Shown one piece after another: positions 8,733 through 16,087 of a stretch of 48,939 bases of DNA. The notes beneath the pieces were generated by a model, which saw only the letters and a program-made list of their open reading frames with translations, had not been told where the DNA came from and ran no database searches. The position numbers and the translations under genes were made by a program. Where the stretch lies: NCBI GenBank assembly GCA_945865865.1, contig CAMBEX010000001.1, positions 1 through 48,939 of the forward strand. The letters are read 5' to 3'. The DNA is from Bdellovibrio sp. ZAP7. Lineage in GTDB: Bacteria > Bdellovibrionota > UBA1018. Position 1 is the first letter of the stretch. Every line of letters starts with the position of its first letter.

Positions 8733-8762
8733 TCCGAAAAGTTTTCTTAATTACTTTTCGGA
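8733..8762 (-). promoter_or_regulatory. perfect 10-bp inverted repeat (TCCGAAAAGT-N10-ACTTTTCGGA) overlapping the Shine-Dalgarno of the REC-HD-GYP gene
   Basis: Arms at 8733-8742 and 8753-8762 are exact reverse complements. On the mRNA strand the 3' arm ...ACUUUUCGGA runs into the GGAGAA SD. It could be an operator or an RBS-occluding hairpin. Confidence 0.5.
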
Positions 8763-8805
8763 CTGCCCGGGCCGTTGCTAAAGGGGAAGTCGTTAAAACC
8801 ACAGG

Positions 8806-8849
8806 AAAAAATGCGGCACAGCGCGGCGCTCCGATCGGCCTATGCCGCA
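8806..8849 (-). terminator. Rho-independent terminator of the upstream hypothetical gene
   Basis: TGCGGCA (8849-8843 on the minus strand, including the last codons and stop) pairs with TGCCGCA (8818-8812). This is a 7-bp perfect stem with a 24-nt partly self-pairing loop, followed by AUUUUUU. Confidence 0.5.
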
Positions 8850-9433
8850 CGGGCAATCGGCTTGGCCTCGGCCTCGTAAGCCAGGGCGACACACTCCAAA
8901 ACCCGTCCGTACTCGTGCGCGGCTTTGATGCGCTCAGCTCTCAGGAGCTCGTGTTTGTAAGCGGGTTCCGCGAGTTTCTCTAAATGTTTGCGACCGCGGT
9001 TCAAATACAACTTCATTTCAGGGGGCATCTCGCTCATTCCCGGCGGACAGTGGCGTGCACAGGACTCGAGAAGGTCAGCGGTCGTGTCCTCGCGTTCACG
9101 CAAGCTGTACTCATCGAGGGCGCCCTCAAGGTAAGGGAGCTCGCTTGAGCGTGGCTCCAGGTAAGCAATCTTGGCTTCATGCCAAAAGGCGCGCGCCAAG
9201 TGTTTGGCGGTGCGCGCCCATCTCTCTGCAGCCAGTCGGTCGCCGCTTCGAAGGGCATTAAAACCACGCTTGTAGATCGTGAAGACCTCGTCGGAATGAA
9301 CGCCGGCAATCGAATGACGGTCCCAAAAGTGAGTCACTCCGACCTCGATGGCGCAGTTATATGCTTTTTTGAGTTCGTGCTCCGCGTTTTCGGGGCCATG
9401 AGTGTGAGACTCGGGAGTTCGTAATCGTGTCAT
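8840..9433 (-). CDS. hypothetical all-helical protein (no family recognised)
   Basis: Long ORF with its own terminator and no signal peptide or TM segment. The ATG at 9433 (MTRLRTPES...) is preferred over the TTG at 9454. No motif I can assign. Confidence 0.55.
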   Translation of the reverse strand: MTRLRTPESHTHGPENAEHELKKAYNCAIEVGVTHFWDRHSIAGVHSDEVFTIYKRGFNALRSGDRLAAERWARTAKHLARAFWHEAKIAYLEPRSSELPYLEGALDEYSLREREDTTADLLESCARHCPPGMSEMPPEMKLYLNRGRKHLEKLAEPAYKHELLRAERIKAAHEYGRVLECVALAYEAEAKPIARAA

Positions 9434-9481
9434 GCGAGCAGGTGGTGCAATCAAAGTACCAGAGTGCGATAATCAGCAGGA

Positions 9482-10774
9482 ATGGTTTGGACTACCTACA
9501 AAGAGAAAATCAAGCGGCTGTCGCAGCGGATCGTCGATGCGCAGAAACCCATCCGTATTCTCGATGCGATTAAGTGGGATCCATCCGTGGAGCAGGCACT
9601 CCGAAAATCCAAGTTCAAGCTGATGCCCAAGGTGGGTCCTGAGTATTATCAGAAAATTCCATTGGGCTACGATCCGGCTGGGAAGATCGAGGAGTTCGAA
9701 GGAATTATTGCAGACACACGAGCCTCGCTTGGGGCAGAGGACGAAGTCGGAAAGCTCCTCTGCAAGGTTGCGCTGCAATATGCTGACGTGATCGAGATGA
9801 TCCGTCATCGCGGCACCAAGAAGTTTTGGGAATTCAGCAAAAAACTCTACGGTTCACCGAAAGACACTTTTTACGACTCGAAAAATACGGTGTCGCAGCT
9901 AGGTCAGCTTCTCTACTCAATCTTGAATGGCCTGGATAGCGCGACCATGGGGCAGGAGTATCCCAGAAACATCGAGGCAGCCCAGGCTGTTGAGATTTTG
10001 AATGGACGGCTCAAGACCTATTTCAAAGATGAAAAAGACCGCGCCAAAATTTCGGACGGAATTCTTGCGGACGCCGCGGCAGGCGGCGACGCAGTCAAGG
10101 TACGAGAAGGTTCACTGTTTTCGGCGCGGGATGTGGACATCCTCGAAGTGCATGAGGGCTGGGTCCATATCGCGACGACTTTGAATGGTAACCAACAACA
10201 TGTGGCCAAGTGGCTCTCCAAGGGGCCACCGAGATGCTCCAGTACCCAAGAGGGTTTGGCCGTGATCATGGAGATCTTCACGTTTCGCTCGTATCCGAGA
10301 CGAGCCCGTCAGATAAATGACAGAATTCTGGGGATTGATAAGGCTGAGGACGGCGCGAACTTCCTGGACCTCTTAGAGTTTTATCGAACAGAGGGCTATT
10401 CGGAGGACGAAAGCCTCGCCAACGCCAAGCGGGTATTTCGCGGAGGCATGGTCGAAGGGGGAGCGCCTTTTACGAAGGACATCTCGTACTGCCGCGGTTT
10501 TGTCGAAAATTACAATTTCATGCGAACCGCTATTCGATCCGGCAAGCCTGAGTTGATTCCGTTTCTATTTCTTGGCAAACTTCATGTAGACGACATTCCG
10601 CTGCTTTATCAGAAATATAAGGAAGGAATCGTGGACGCTCCGGTTCATCTTCCTCCGCAGTTCACGGATCTGAACGGGGTGGCGGTTTGGATGAGTTTTT
10701 CGAGCTTCTTGAACCAGGTCGATCTTCGAAAGGTTCAAGAGCATTACGACAAGTTATTTAAACAGTTTTTGTGA
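9482..10774 (+). CDS. DUF1704 / QEGLA-motif protein (MATCAP-like putative metallocarboxypeptidase)
   Basis: Contains the family-defining STQEGLAV motif and an upstream HEGWVH (HExxxH-like) motif. Length of about 430 aa is typical of the flavohemoglobin expression-modulating QEGLA motif protein family. Confidence 0.75.
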   Translation: MVWTTYKEKIKRLSQRIVDAQKPIRILDAIKWDPSVEQALRKSKFKLMPKVGPEYYQKIPLGYDPAGKIEEFEGIIADTRASLGAEDEVGKLLCKVALQYADVIEMIRHRGTKKFWEFSKKLYGSPKDTFYDSKNTVSQLGQLLYSILNGLDSATMGQEYPRNIEAAQAVEILNGRLKTYFKDEKDRAKISDGILADAAAGGDAVKVREGSLFSARDVDILEVHEGWVHIATTLNGNQQHVAKWLSKGPPRCSSTQEGLAVIMEIFTFRSYPRRARQINDRILGIDKAEDGANFLDLLEFYRTEGYSEDESLANAKRVFRGGMVEGGAPFTKDISYCRGFVENYNFMRTAIRSGKPELIPFLFLGKLHVDDIPLLYQKYKEGIVDAPVHLPPQFTDLNGVAVWMSFSSFLNQVDLRKVQEHYDKLFKQFL

Positions 10775-10799
10775 ATGGCCGATTATGAGGGGCACGAAT

Positions 10800-11615
10800 A
10801 TGAAAATTCTCGGACAATGGGCTTCCGTTTTTGTTGCAGTCGCAGTTTTTGCCACCAGCGCCCGCGCCGCTGAGCTGGCATCGGTTAACGAAAGAAAGAT
10901 CACGGACGTTGAAATGAAGGCCGCTCTCGCGCAGTTCAGCGAGGGACAGCGCGCCAATATCATGAAGGATCCGGCCTCCCGCAGACAAATTTTGATGGGC
11001 ATGATCGATCAAGAAATTCTTTTTCAGCAGAGTGAAAAAGAGAAGCTCGATCAAGACGAGGAATTCAAGCGCGCGCAGGACGGTTTTCGCCGCCAGTACA
11101 TGGTCAGCAAGCTTCTGCAAAAGAGTGTCGGCAGCAAGCTGACTGAAAAGGCTGCAAAGGGTTTTTATTCAGCTCATAAGACTGAGTTCGCCACCGACCA
11201 GGTCCGAGCCCAGCACATTCTGGTTTCGAATCCTACGGAAGCCGCTGAAATCTTGAAAAAGGTGAAGGCTCCGGGCGCGGATTTTCAGAAAATCGCAGAA
11301 CAGGTTTCAAAAGATCCGACCGCAAAGAACAACCGGGGTGATCTCGGATACTTTGGCCGTGAGCAGATGGTCTCGGAGTTCAGTAACGCGGCATTTAGCG
11401 GATCCGAGGGCGAAATCGTGGGGCCCGTCAAAACGGCTTACGGATATCACGTGATCAAGGTCATCGACAAGAAGGTGGGTAGCCCGCTTTCTTATGATGA
11501 GGTTGAGCTCAAGGTGAAGGAACGCGTTCGCCAGCAGCTTGTGCAGGACTACGTAGGCAGCATTCGCGGTAAAGCGAAGGTCACCCTCAATGAGGCGGCC
11601 ATCGATAAACTATAA
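10800..11615 (+). CDS. secreted parvulin-type peptidyl-prolyl cis-trans isomerase (PpiC/SurA/PrsA-like)
   Basis: Signal peptide MKILGQWASVFVAVAVFATSARA. Parvulin domain: VRAQHILV, DLGYFGREQMVSEFSNAAF, GPVKTAYGYHVIKV. The ATG at 10800 has a GAGGGG SD 7 nt upstream; the ATG at 10785 is an alternative. Confidence 0.85.
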   Translation: MKILGQWASVFVAVAVFATSARAAELASVNERKITDVEMKAALAQFSEGQRANIMKDPASRRQILMGMIDQEILFQQSEKEKLDQDEEFKRAQDGFRRQYMVSKLLQKSVGSKLTEKAAKGFYSAHKTEFATDQVRAQHILVSNPTEAAEILKKVKAPGADFQKIAEQVSKDPTAKNNRGDLGYFGREQMVSEFSNAAFSGSEGEIVGPVKTAYGYHVIKVIDKKVGSPLSYDEVELKVKERVRQQLVQDYVGSIRGKAKVTLNEAAIDKL

Positions 11616-11653
11616 GCGACAAGATGTAAGCGAAGCGCTGTCTTCGGCCAACG

Positions 11654-13135
11654 TCAGCTGTAATCCCGCGCGGTAATCCCGTATTTTTCGAGCTTTCTGA
11701 GCAGCGTTTTCTTGGGAATGTTTGCGTGCAGAGCAGTTTGGTTGATGCGGCCTTTGAACGTCTTCAACGCGCTGATTAGAAACTGTCGCTCGAACTCCTC
11801 TTTGTTGGCCTGAAAGTCCAACTTGCTGATGTCGAGCTTGAACCCGCGTCCCAGGCTGGCGTCCGTCGGGACTGCTCCAGGCGACAGGCAGATCATCGCC
11901 TCGGGAGCCTCGTGGTCCGTGTATTCCGAGAGATTGGACGTGTCATTTTTGGCTGGCGTGAGCAAGCGGCCTCGGAGCACTGACTCAGGAAGACTCGGTA
12001 TCGTGAGCTGATTTCCTGACTCGATTACAAACGCGTGTTCGATCACGTTTTCGAGCTCCCGGATATTTCCAGGCCATGAGTGGTTCTTGAGTGCCTCCAT
12101 CGCGTCTGCCGCAAGTGCCGTGATGCTTTTTCTGTGCTGCTGATTGAACTTCTCGATGAAGTACTTTGCCAGCACCTCGATGTCGTTCTTACGCTCACGG
12201 AGGGGCGGAAGCTGAATCGGCAATACATTGAGGCGGTAAAAAAGGTCCTCGCGAAACTCGCCCTTACGGATCATGTCTTCGAGGTTTCGATTGGTCGCCG
12301 CGACGATGCGGACATTGACCTCGATCTCGCGGTTGGCACCGACCGGGGTAAAGCGTTTTTCCTGCAGAACGCGTAGAAGTTTGACCTGCATTCCGGCTGA
12401 AACGTCGCCGATCTCGTCCAAGAACAGGGTGCCGCCGTCGGCATACTGAAACTTTCCGATCTTGCGGCTGTCGGCTCCAGTAAATGCGCCTTTTTCGTGT
12501 CCGAAAAATTCGCTCTCAATCAGGTTTTCAGGCACCGCTGAACAGTTGATGGTCACAAATCGATTGTCTTTGCGTGGGCTGTTGTGATGCAGCGCCTGCG
12601 CCACCAGCTCCTTGCCCGTGCCGCTTTCGCCACGGATGAGAACGGCGGTGTCCACACGCGAAAGTTTATCAATCACGCTGAAGATGCGCTTCATCTCGGA
12701 GCTCTGACCGATGAAGTCGGTACCATTAGGTAGGCGAAACACCGGAGCTGAGAGGGTGATGTTTTTGACCATGGAGTGGGCTTTGAGCGCCTTGTCCACA
12801 AGGTAAACAAGGTTTTCGGCCTTGATCGGTTTCTCAAGATAGTTGTAGGCGCCATGGCGTGTGGCCTCGACGGCGTCACGCACATTTGAAAAGGCGGTCA
12901 GTACGATCGCAATAATGGATGGATCGTGGGCTTTGATTTCCTTGAGGGCCTCGAGCCCGGACATTCGGGGCATGTTGACGTCCAGAAGTACCAGATCGTA
13001 GCGCCCAGCCCGAATGCGGTTCACACCCTCTTCGCCATCGCGAGCCTGATCCACGAGGTAGTGGCTCTCCGAGAGGGCCGAGGCTACGGCAAGACGCAAA
13101 TCCGCATCGTCATCAACAACTAGAACTTTATACAT
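11654..13135 (-). CDS. sigma-54-dependent response regulator (NtrC family: REC + AAA+ + Fis-type HTH)
   Basis: REC: VLVVDDDADL, LVLLDVNMPRMSG. AAA+: GESGTGKE (Walker A), ESEFFGHEKGAFTGA (GAFTGA sigma-54 contact loop), LFLDEIG (Walker B). C-terminal HTH: NQTALHANIPKKTLLRKLEKYGI. The ATG at 13135 has a GAGGA SD and overlaps the kinase stop by 8 nt. Confidence 0.92.
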   Translation of the reverse strand: MYKVLVVDDDADLRLAVASALSESHYLVDQARDGEEGVNRIRAGRYDLVLLDVNMPRMSGLEALKEIKAHDPSIIAIVLTAFSNVRDAVEATRHGAYNYLEKPIKAENLVYLVDKALKAHSMVKNITLSAPVFRLPNGTDFIGQSSEMKRIFSVIDKLSRVDTAVLIRGESGTGKELVAQALHHNSPRKDNRFVTINCSAVPENLIESEFFGHEKGAFTGADSRKIGKFQYADGGTLFLDEIGDVSAGMQVKLLRVLQEKRFTPVGANREIEVNVRIVAATNRNLEDMIRKGEFREDLFYRLNVLPIQLPPLRERKNDIEVLAKYFIEKFNQQHRKSITALAADAMEALKNHSWPGNIRELENVIEHAFVIESGNQLTIPSLPESVLRGRLLTPAKNDTSNLSEYTDHEAPEAMICLSPGAVPTDASLGRGFKLDISKLDFQANKEEFERQFLISALKTFKGRINQTALHANIPKKTLLRKLEKYGITARDYS

Positions 13136-15161
13136 AGGTGCTTTCCTCACTGGATTTGCCCGAGTCTTCGGGCATTGAAACGGTTAAGCCGGGGCGGATC
13201 ATCGCAGCCGGAGGGAGCGTCGGTAAAATGGGGAGAAGAATTCGAAACGTACTCCCGATTCCCTGCTCGCTCTCAACTTCTACGCGACCCTGATGTGCCT
13301 CGATAAAAAACTTGGACAAATAAAGGCCAAGGCCTGTGCCGGAAGTCTGAGCGGTGGCCTGATTTTTAGCGCGATAAAAACGCTTAAAGAGGCTCTCAAT
13401 CTCATCAGGAGAGAGACCGACGCCTTGGTCGCGAACGGAAATTTGCACCCACTCGTTTTTTTCGACCGACAATATCGAAATCTCTGAGCCCGGATCAGAA
13501 TACTTGATCGCGTTGTCGATCAGGTTGTTCAAGACCTTGGTGATCATTGACACGTCTACCTTGATCGGAAATAGCGGTTCAAGGTTCATCGTGATTTTGC
13601 AGTTTTTGGCGCGCGCTTGAGCGCGAAACCCAGCGGTCGCTCTCTCGATGATGGAGTTGACGTCCTTAGACTCAAGCCTCAAGTGTATGTAGTTGGACTC
13701 CACCTTGGCGAGTTCAAGAATACTCGAGATGAATCTATTGAGCTCGTCCGTGGACTGAATGATGTGATTGAGGGTCTCTTTGTCGCGATCGACGAGTCGA
13801 TCCGCGGCCTTTTTCAAAAGCACTTCCGCTAGGCCTTGGATTCGCGCGACCGGAGTCTTGAGATCGTGCGTGACCAGCGACATAAAGTTGGTTTTAAGTT
13901 CCTCGACTTGTACGAGGAGTTTGTTTTTACGCTGGTAGTCCCAGCGTTTTTTATACTCACGGATCAGGCGGTAAGGCACCGCTAGGTAGTATCCCAGAAA
14001 TGCCCCAATCAGCGGCTGGCTCACGCGAATCCAGAGTCCGCTGTGGCCGCCAAATCCATAAAAAACCAACTGAGTGAAAGTCAGAAACAGGATAATTACG
14101 GCGACGGTGGCAAAGAGCCCATTGAGTGGGCTCAGGATCATGACGGCAGCAATCACAAATACACTCAGCAAAAATATCGCAAGGACATTGACGTAATGAG
14201 GTGTCTTGGCGACTCCGTCGTCGTTGATCAGGGAGTCCAGAATATTGGCGTGGACTGCCAGTTTTGGATTTGAAAAAGAAGCCGACGAGTAAGGAGTGAG
14301 CGCGTAGTCCTGGGAGTCGTCGCGGGTGAGCGTGCCCACCAATACGATTTTATCGCGAAGGGAGTCGATCGGCGCCGTTCCGTTCAGGACGTCAAGAAAC
14401 GAGAGACGGCGGTAGCGTTCTGAATCCGAAAGCTGCGAGGCGTGGCTCAAGGCAACGTCGCCGTGATAACGAAAATTAAAATAATTGGCGTCCACTTCAG
14501 GAACAGAAAAGCTGCCGCGAGGCAAATGCCCCTCAGAAATCAGTCCCAGTTTTCGGGCCAGTTCGAAGTGAAAAACGGATTTATCATACAGGTGGGTAAG
14601 CGCACTGCGAGTGACCTTGTCTCTCGCAAATACATTTCCATCCTTGTGAATGAGTGCAAGTGCGTGTGGCAATGCGCTCAGCGGATACGGAGGCAAGACC
14701 TCGCCCGTGACATCGAACGAGGTGCCCATAATAACTGGCGTCCCTCCTCGCTCCATCCGAATGGCGATCTCTGTGAATTTCTGTCCAGGGTGCGAACGAA
14801 ACTGCTGTGGATAGAGTTGGCTGACCCGGTTCATGTCGACGAGGTAGCCCACGCCGCGCGGGGAATACTTTTCGAGCGACTCCAGGAACCGCGCATGAAC
14901 CTCAAGCGATAGGGGTGAGAGGTCGTCGAGAGTCGCCGTAGTGGCATCGTCGAGTGTAATGAGGGTAATTCGCGAATCCGGGCGGGCCTGAGGGCCTTTG
15001 GCCATTCTAAAGTCGTAGAGACCCGCCTCAATTATGTTGAATTCAAAATTGAGCAGCAAAGCCGTGAGAATGCCTGCCCCTGCAAGAATGCTGAGCGGGG
15101 TCTTGAAGTGTCGTAGCGACAGCTTCTGCAAATTACTGAAGTTCAACTTCCAAAGGGACAT
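13128..15161 (-). CDS. CHASE2-domain sensor histidine kinase
   Basis: N-terminal TM, then a CHASE2-like extracytoplasmic region (RITLITLDDATTATLDDLSPLSLEVHARFLESL...), three TM segments, HisKA (SLVTHDLKTPVARI) and HATPase_c (NLIDNAIKYS, VRDQGVGL, GTGLGLYLSK). The start is placed at ATG 15161 because the GTG at 15194 lies inside a sigma-54 promoter core. Confidence 0.85.
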   Translation of the reverse strand: MSLWKLNFSNLQKLSLRHFKTPLSILAGAGILTALLLNFEFNIIEAGLYDFRMAKGPQARPDSRITLITLDDATTATLDDLSPLSLEVHARFLESLEKYSPRGVGYLVDMNRVSQLYPQQFRSHPGQKFTEIAIRMERGGTPVIMGTSFDVTGEVLPPYPLSALPHALALIHKDGNVFARDKVTRSALTHLYDKSVFHFELARKLGLISEGHLPRGSFSVPEVDANYFNFRYHGDVALSHASQLSDSERYRRLSFLDVLNGTAPIDSLRDKIVLVGTLTRDDSQDYALTPYSSASFSNPKLAVHANILDSLINDDGVAKTPHYVNVLAIFLLSVFVIAAVMILSPLNGLFATVAVIILFLTFTQLVFYGFGGHSGLWIRVSQPLIGAFLGYYLAVPYRLIREYKKRWDYQRKNKLLVQVEELKTNFMSLVTHDLKTPVARIQGLAEVLLKKAADRLVDRDKETLNHIIQSTDELNRFISSILELAKVESNYIHLRLESKDVNSIIERATAGFRAQARAKNCKITMNLEPLFPIKVDVSMITKVLNNLIDNAIKYSDPGSEISILSVEKNEWVQISVRDQGVGLSPDEIESLFKRFYRAKNQATAQTSGTGLGLYLSKFFIEAHQGRVEVESEQGIGSTFRILLPILPTLPPAAMIRPGLTVSMPEDSGKSSEESTYV

Positions 15162-15178
15162 GGTCGGGACAACTAAAG

Positions 15179-15193
15179 GCAACTGCCGTGCCA
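15179..15193 (-). promoter_or_regulatory. sigma-54 (-24/-12) promoter core TGGCAC-GGCAG-TTGC
   Basis: The reverse complement of 15179-15193 reads TGGCACGGCAGTTGC, an exact match to the TGGCAC-N5-TTGC consensus. It sits immediately 5' of the CHASE2-HK / NtrC-type operon. Confidence 0.65.
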
Positions 15194-15263
15194 CTGAAAT
15201 TCAGCGAAACGGTGAAGTAACCGTCTGCAATTACAGCGTTAAATAGGGGGTATTTAAGAATCA

Positions 15264-15282
15264 CTGTCTAAGTTTTAGACAG
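15264..15282 (-). terminator. hairpin 12 nt downstream of motB (weak terminator candidate)
   Basis: CTGTCTAA-N3-TTAGACAG is a perfect 8-bp stem. On the minus strand it is followed by UGAUUCUUAAAU, which is U-rich but not a clean U-run. Confidence 0.4.
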
Positions 15283-15293
15283 ACGTACAGCGG

Positions 15294-16085
15294 TTAGTAG
15301 GCCCGGTTCTTGGTAAGCGTGAACTCGATGCGCCGGTTTTTTCTGCGGTCCTCGTCGCCGTCGTTAGCGGCGTAGGGACGGCGAGGTCCGCTCCCTACGG
15401 GGAGCAGGCGCTCCTCATCGACATAGTTTTTGGCAGTGAGATACTTCATGATCGAAACGGCGCGCGAAAGGGTAAATTCAAATTGGTTTCCGGCGCTTCC
15501 GCCGTCTGCCGACGTATCCGTGTGGCCGTCAATTCGGATATAGCCGCTGAAACTTTTGAAAAGCCTTCCGAGCCGGTCCATTTCTTTTTTTGCTTCGGTA
15601 CGCAGCTGGGTGCTTCCCTGTGTAAAAAGAAGGTCCTCTGGTAGTGAAAATTTCAGGTAGTCGATACTCACATCGAGTGCGTAGAGATTATCTCCCATGA
15701 CCTCTTGGGCGAGATCTCCGAGTTCACGGTTGGTTTGAAGTGTGCTCTGAACCGGCCGCATGGGTTTGGTGATGATTTCCTCGGGGTTTGCGCCGTTAAG
15801 ACCTTGCAACATGTTTTCGCCTGAGCCCTGCACCTCGCCCAGAGGACGTGCTTCATCGGAGTTCGTGTCGCGGCCGTAATTCCAGGGAGTGTTGGGATGA
15901 TTGAAATAGTGCGAGATGGCGGCTTTGGTTTCTTCGTCGGCTCCCATCAGCCACATCACAAGAAAGAAGCACATCATGGCGGTCACGAAGTCGGCATATG
16001 CGACTTTCCATGCCCCACCGTGGTGACCGGCGTGGGCCGCGGCCTTTTTCTTTTTGATGATGATGATCTGACCTTGGGCTGCCAT
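15294..16085 (-). CDS. motB: flagellar motor stator protein MotB (OmpA-like C-terminal domain)
   Basis: N-terminus IIIIKKKKAAAHAGHHGGAWKVAYADFVTAMMCFFLVMWLM carries the MotB plug/TM signature with the conserved Asp. The C-terminus is OmpA/PG-binding-like (IRIDGHTDT..., NRRIEF). Confidence 0.9.
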   Translation of the reverse strand: MAAQGQIIIIKKKKAAAHAGHHGGAWKVAYADFVTAMMCFFLVMWLMGADEETKAAISHYFNHPNTPWNYGRDTNSDEARPLGEVQGSGENMLQGLNGANPEEIITKPMRPVQSTLQTNRELGDLAQEVMGDNLYALDVSIDYLKFSLPEDLLFTQGSTQLRTEAKKEMDRLGRLFKSFSGYIRIDGHTDTSADGGSAGNQFEFTLSRAVSIMKYLTAKNYVDEERLLPVGSGPRRPYAANDGDEDRRKNRRIEFTLTKNRAY

Positions 16086-16087
16086 GG

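Noticed and set aside
11616-11653. Possible bidirectional terminator between the parvulin gene and the NtrC-type gene. A similar candidate lies between the OMP gene and fliL (21147-21169).
   Set aside because: Only 4-5-bp stems can be drawn (CGAAG...CTTCG; GAAG...CTTC). That is too weak to call.
16040-16075. The gatgatgatgat / A-T-run stretch at the motB 5' end (encoding IIIIKKKK) as a possible slippage or phase-variation tract.
   Set aside because: The repeat is short. A hydrophobic-then-basic N-terminus in front of the AWKVAYADF segment is the normal MotB layout, as in E. coli MotB.
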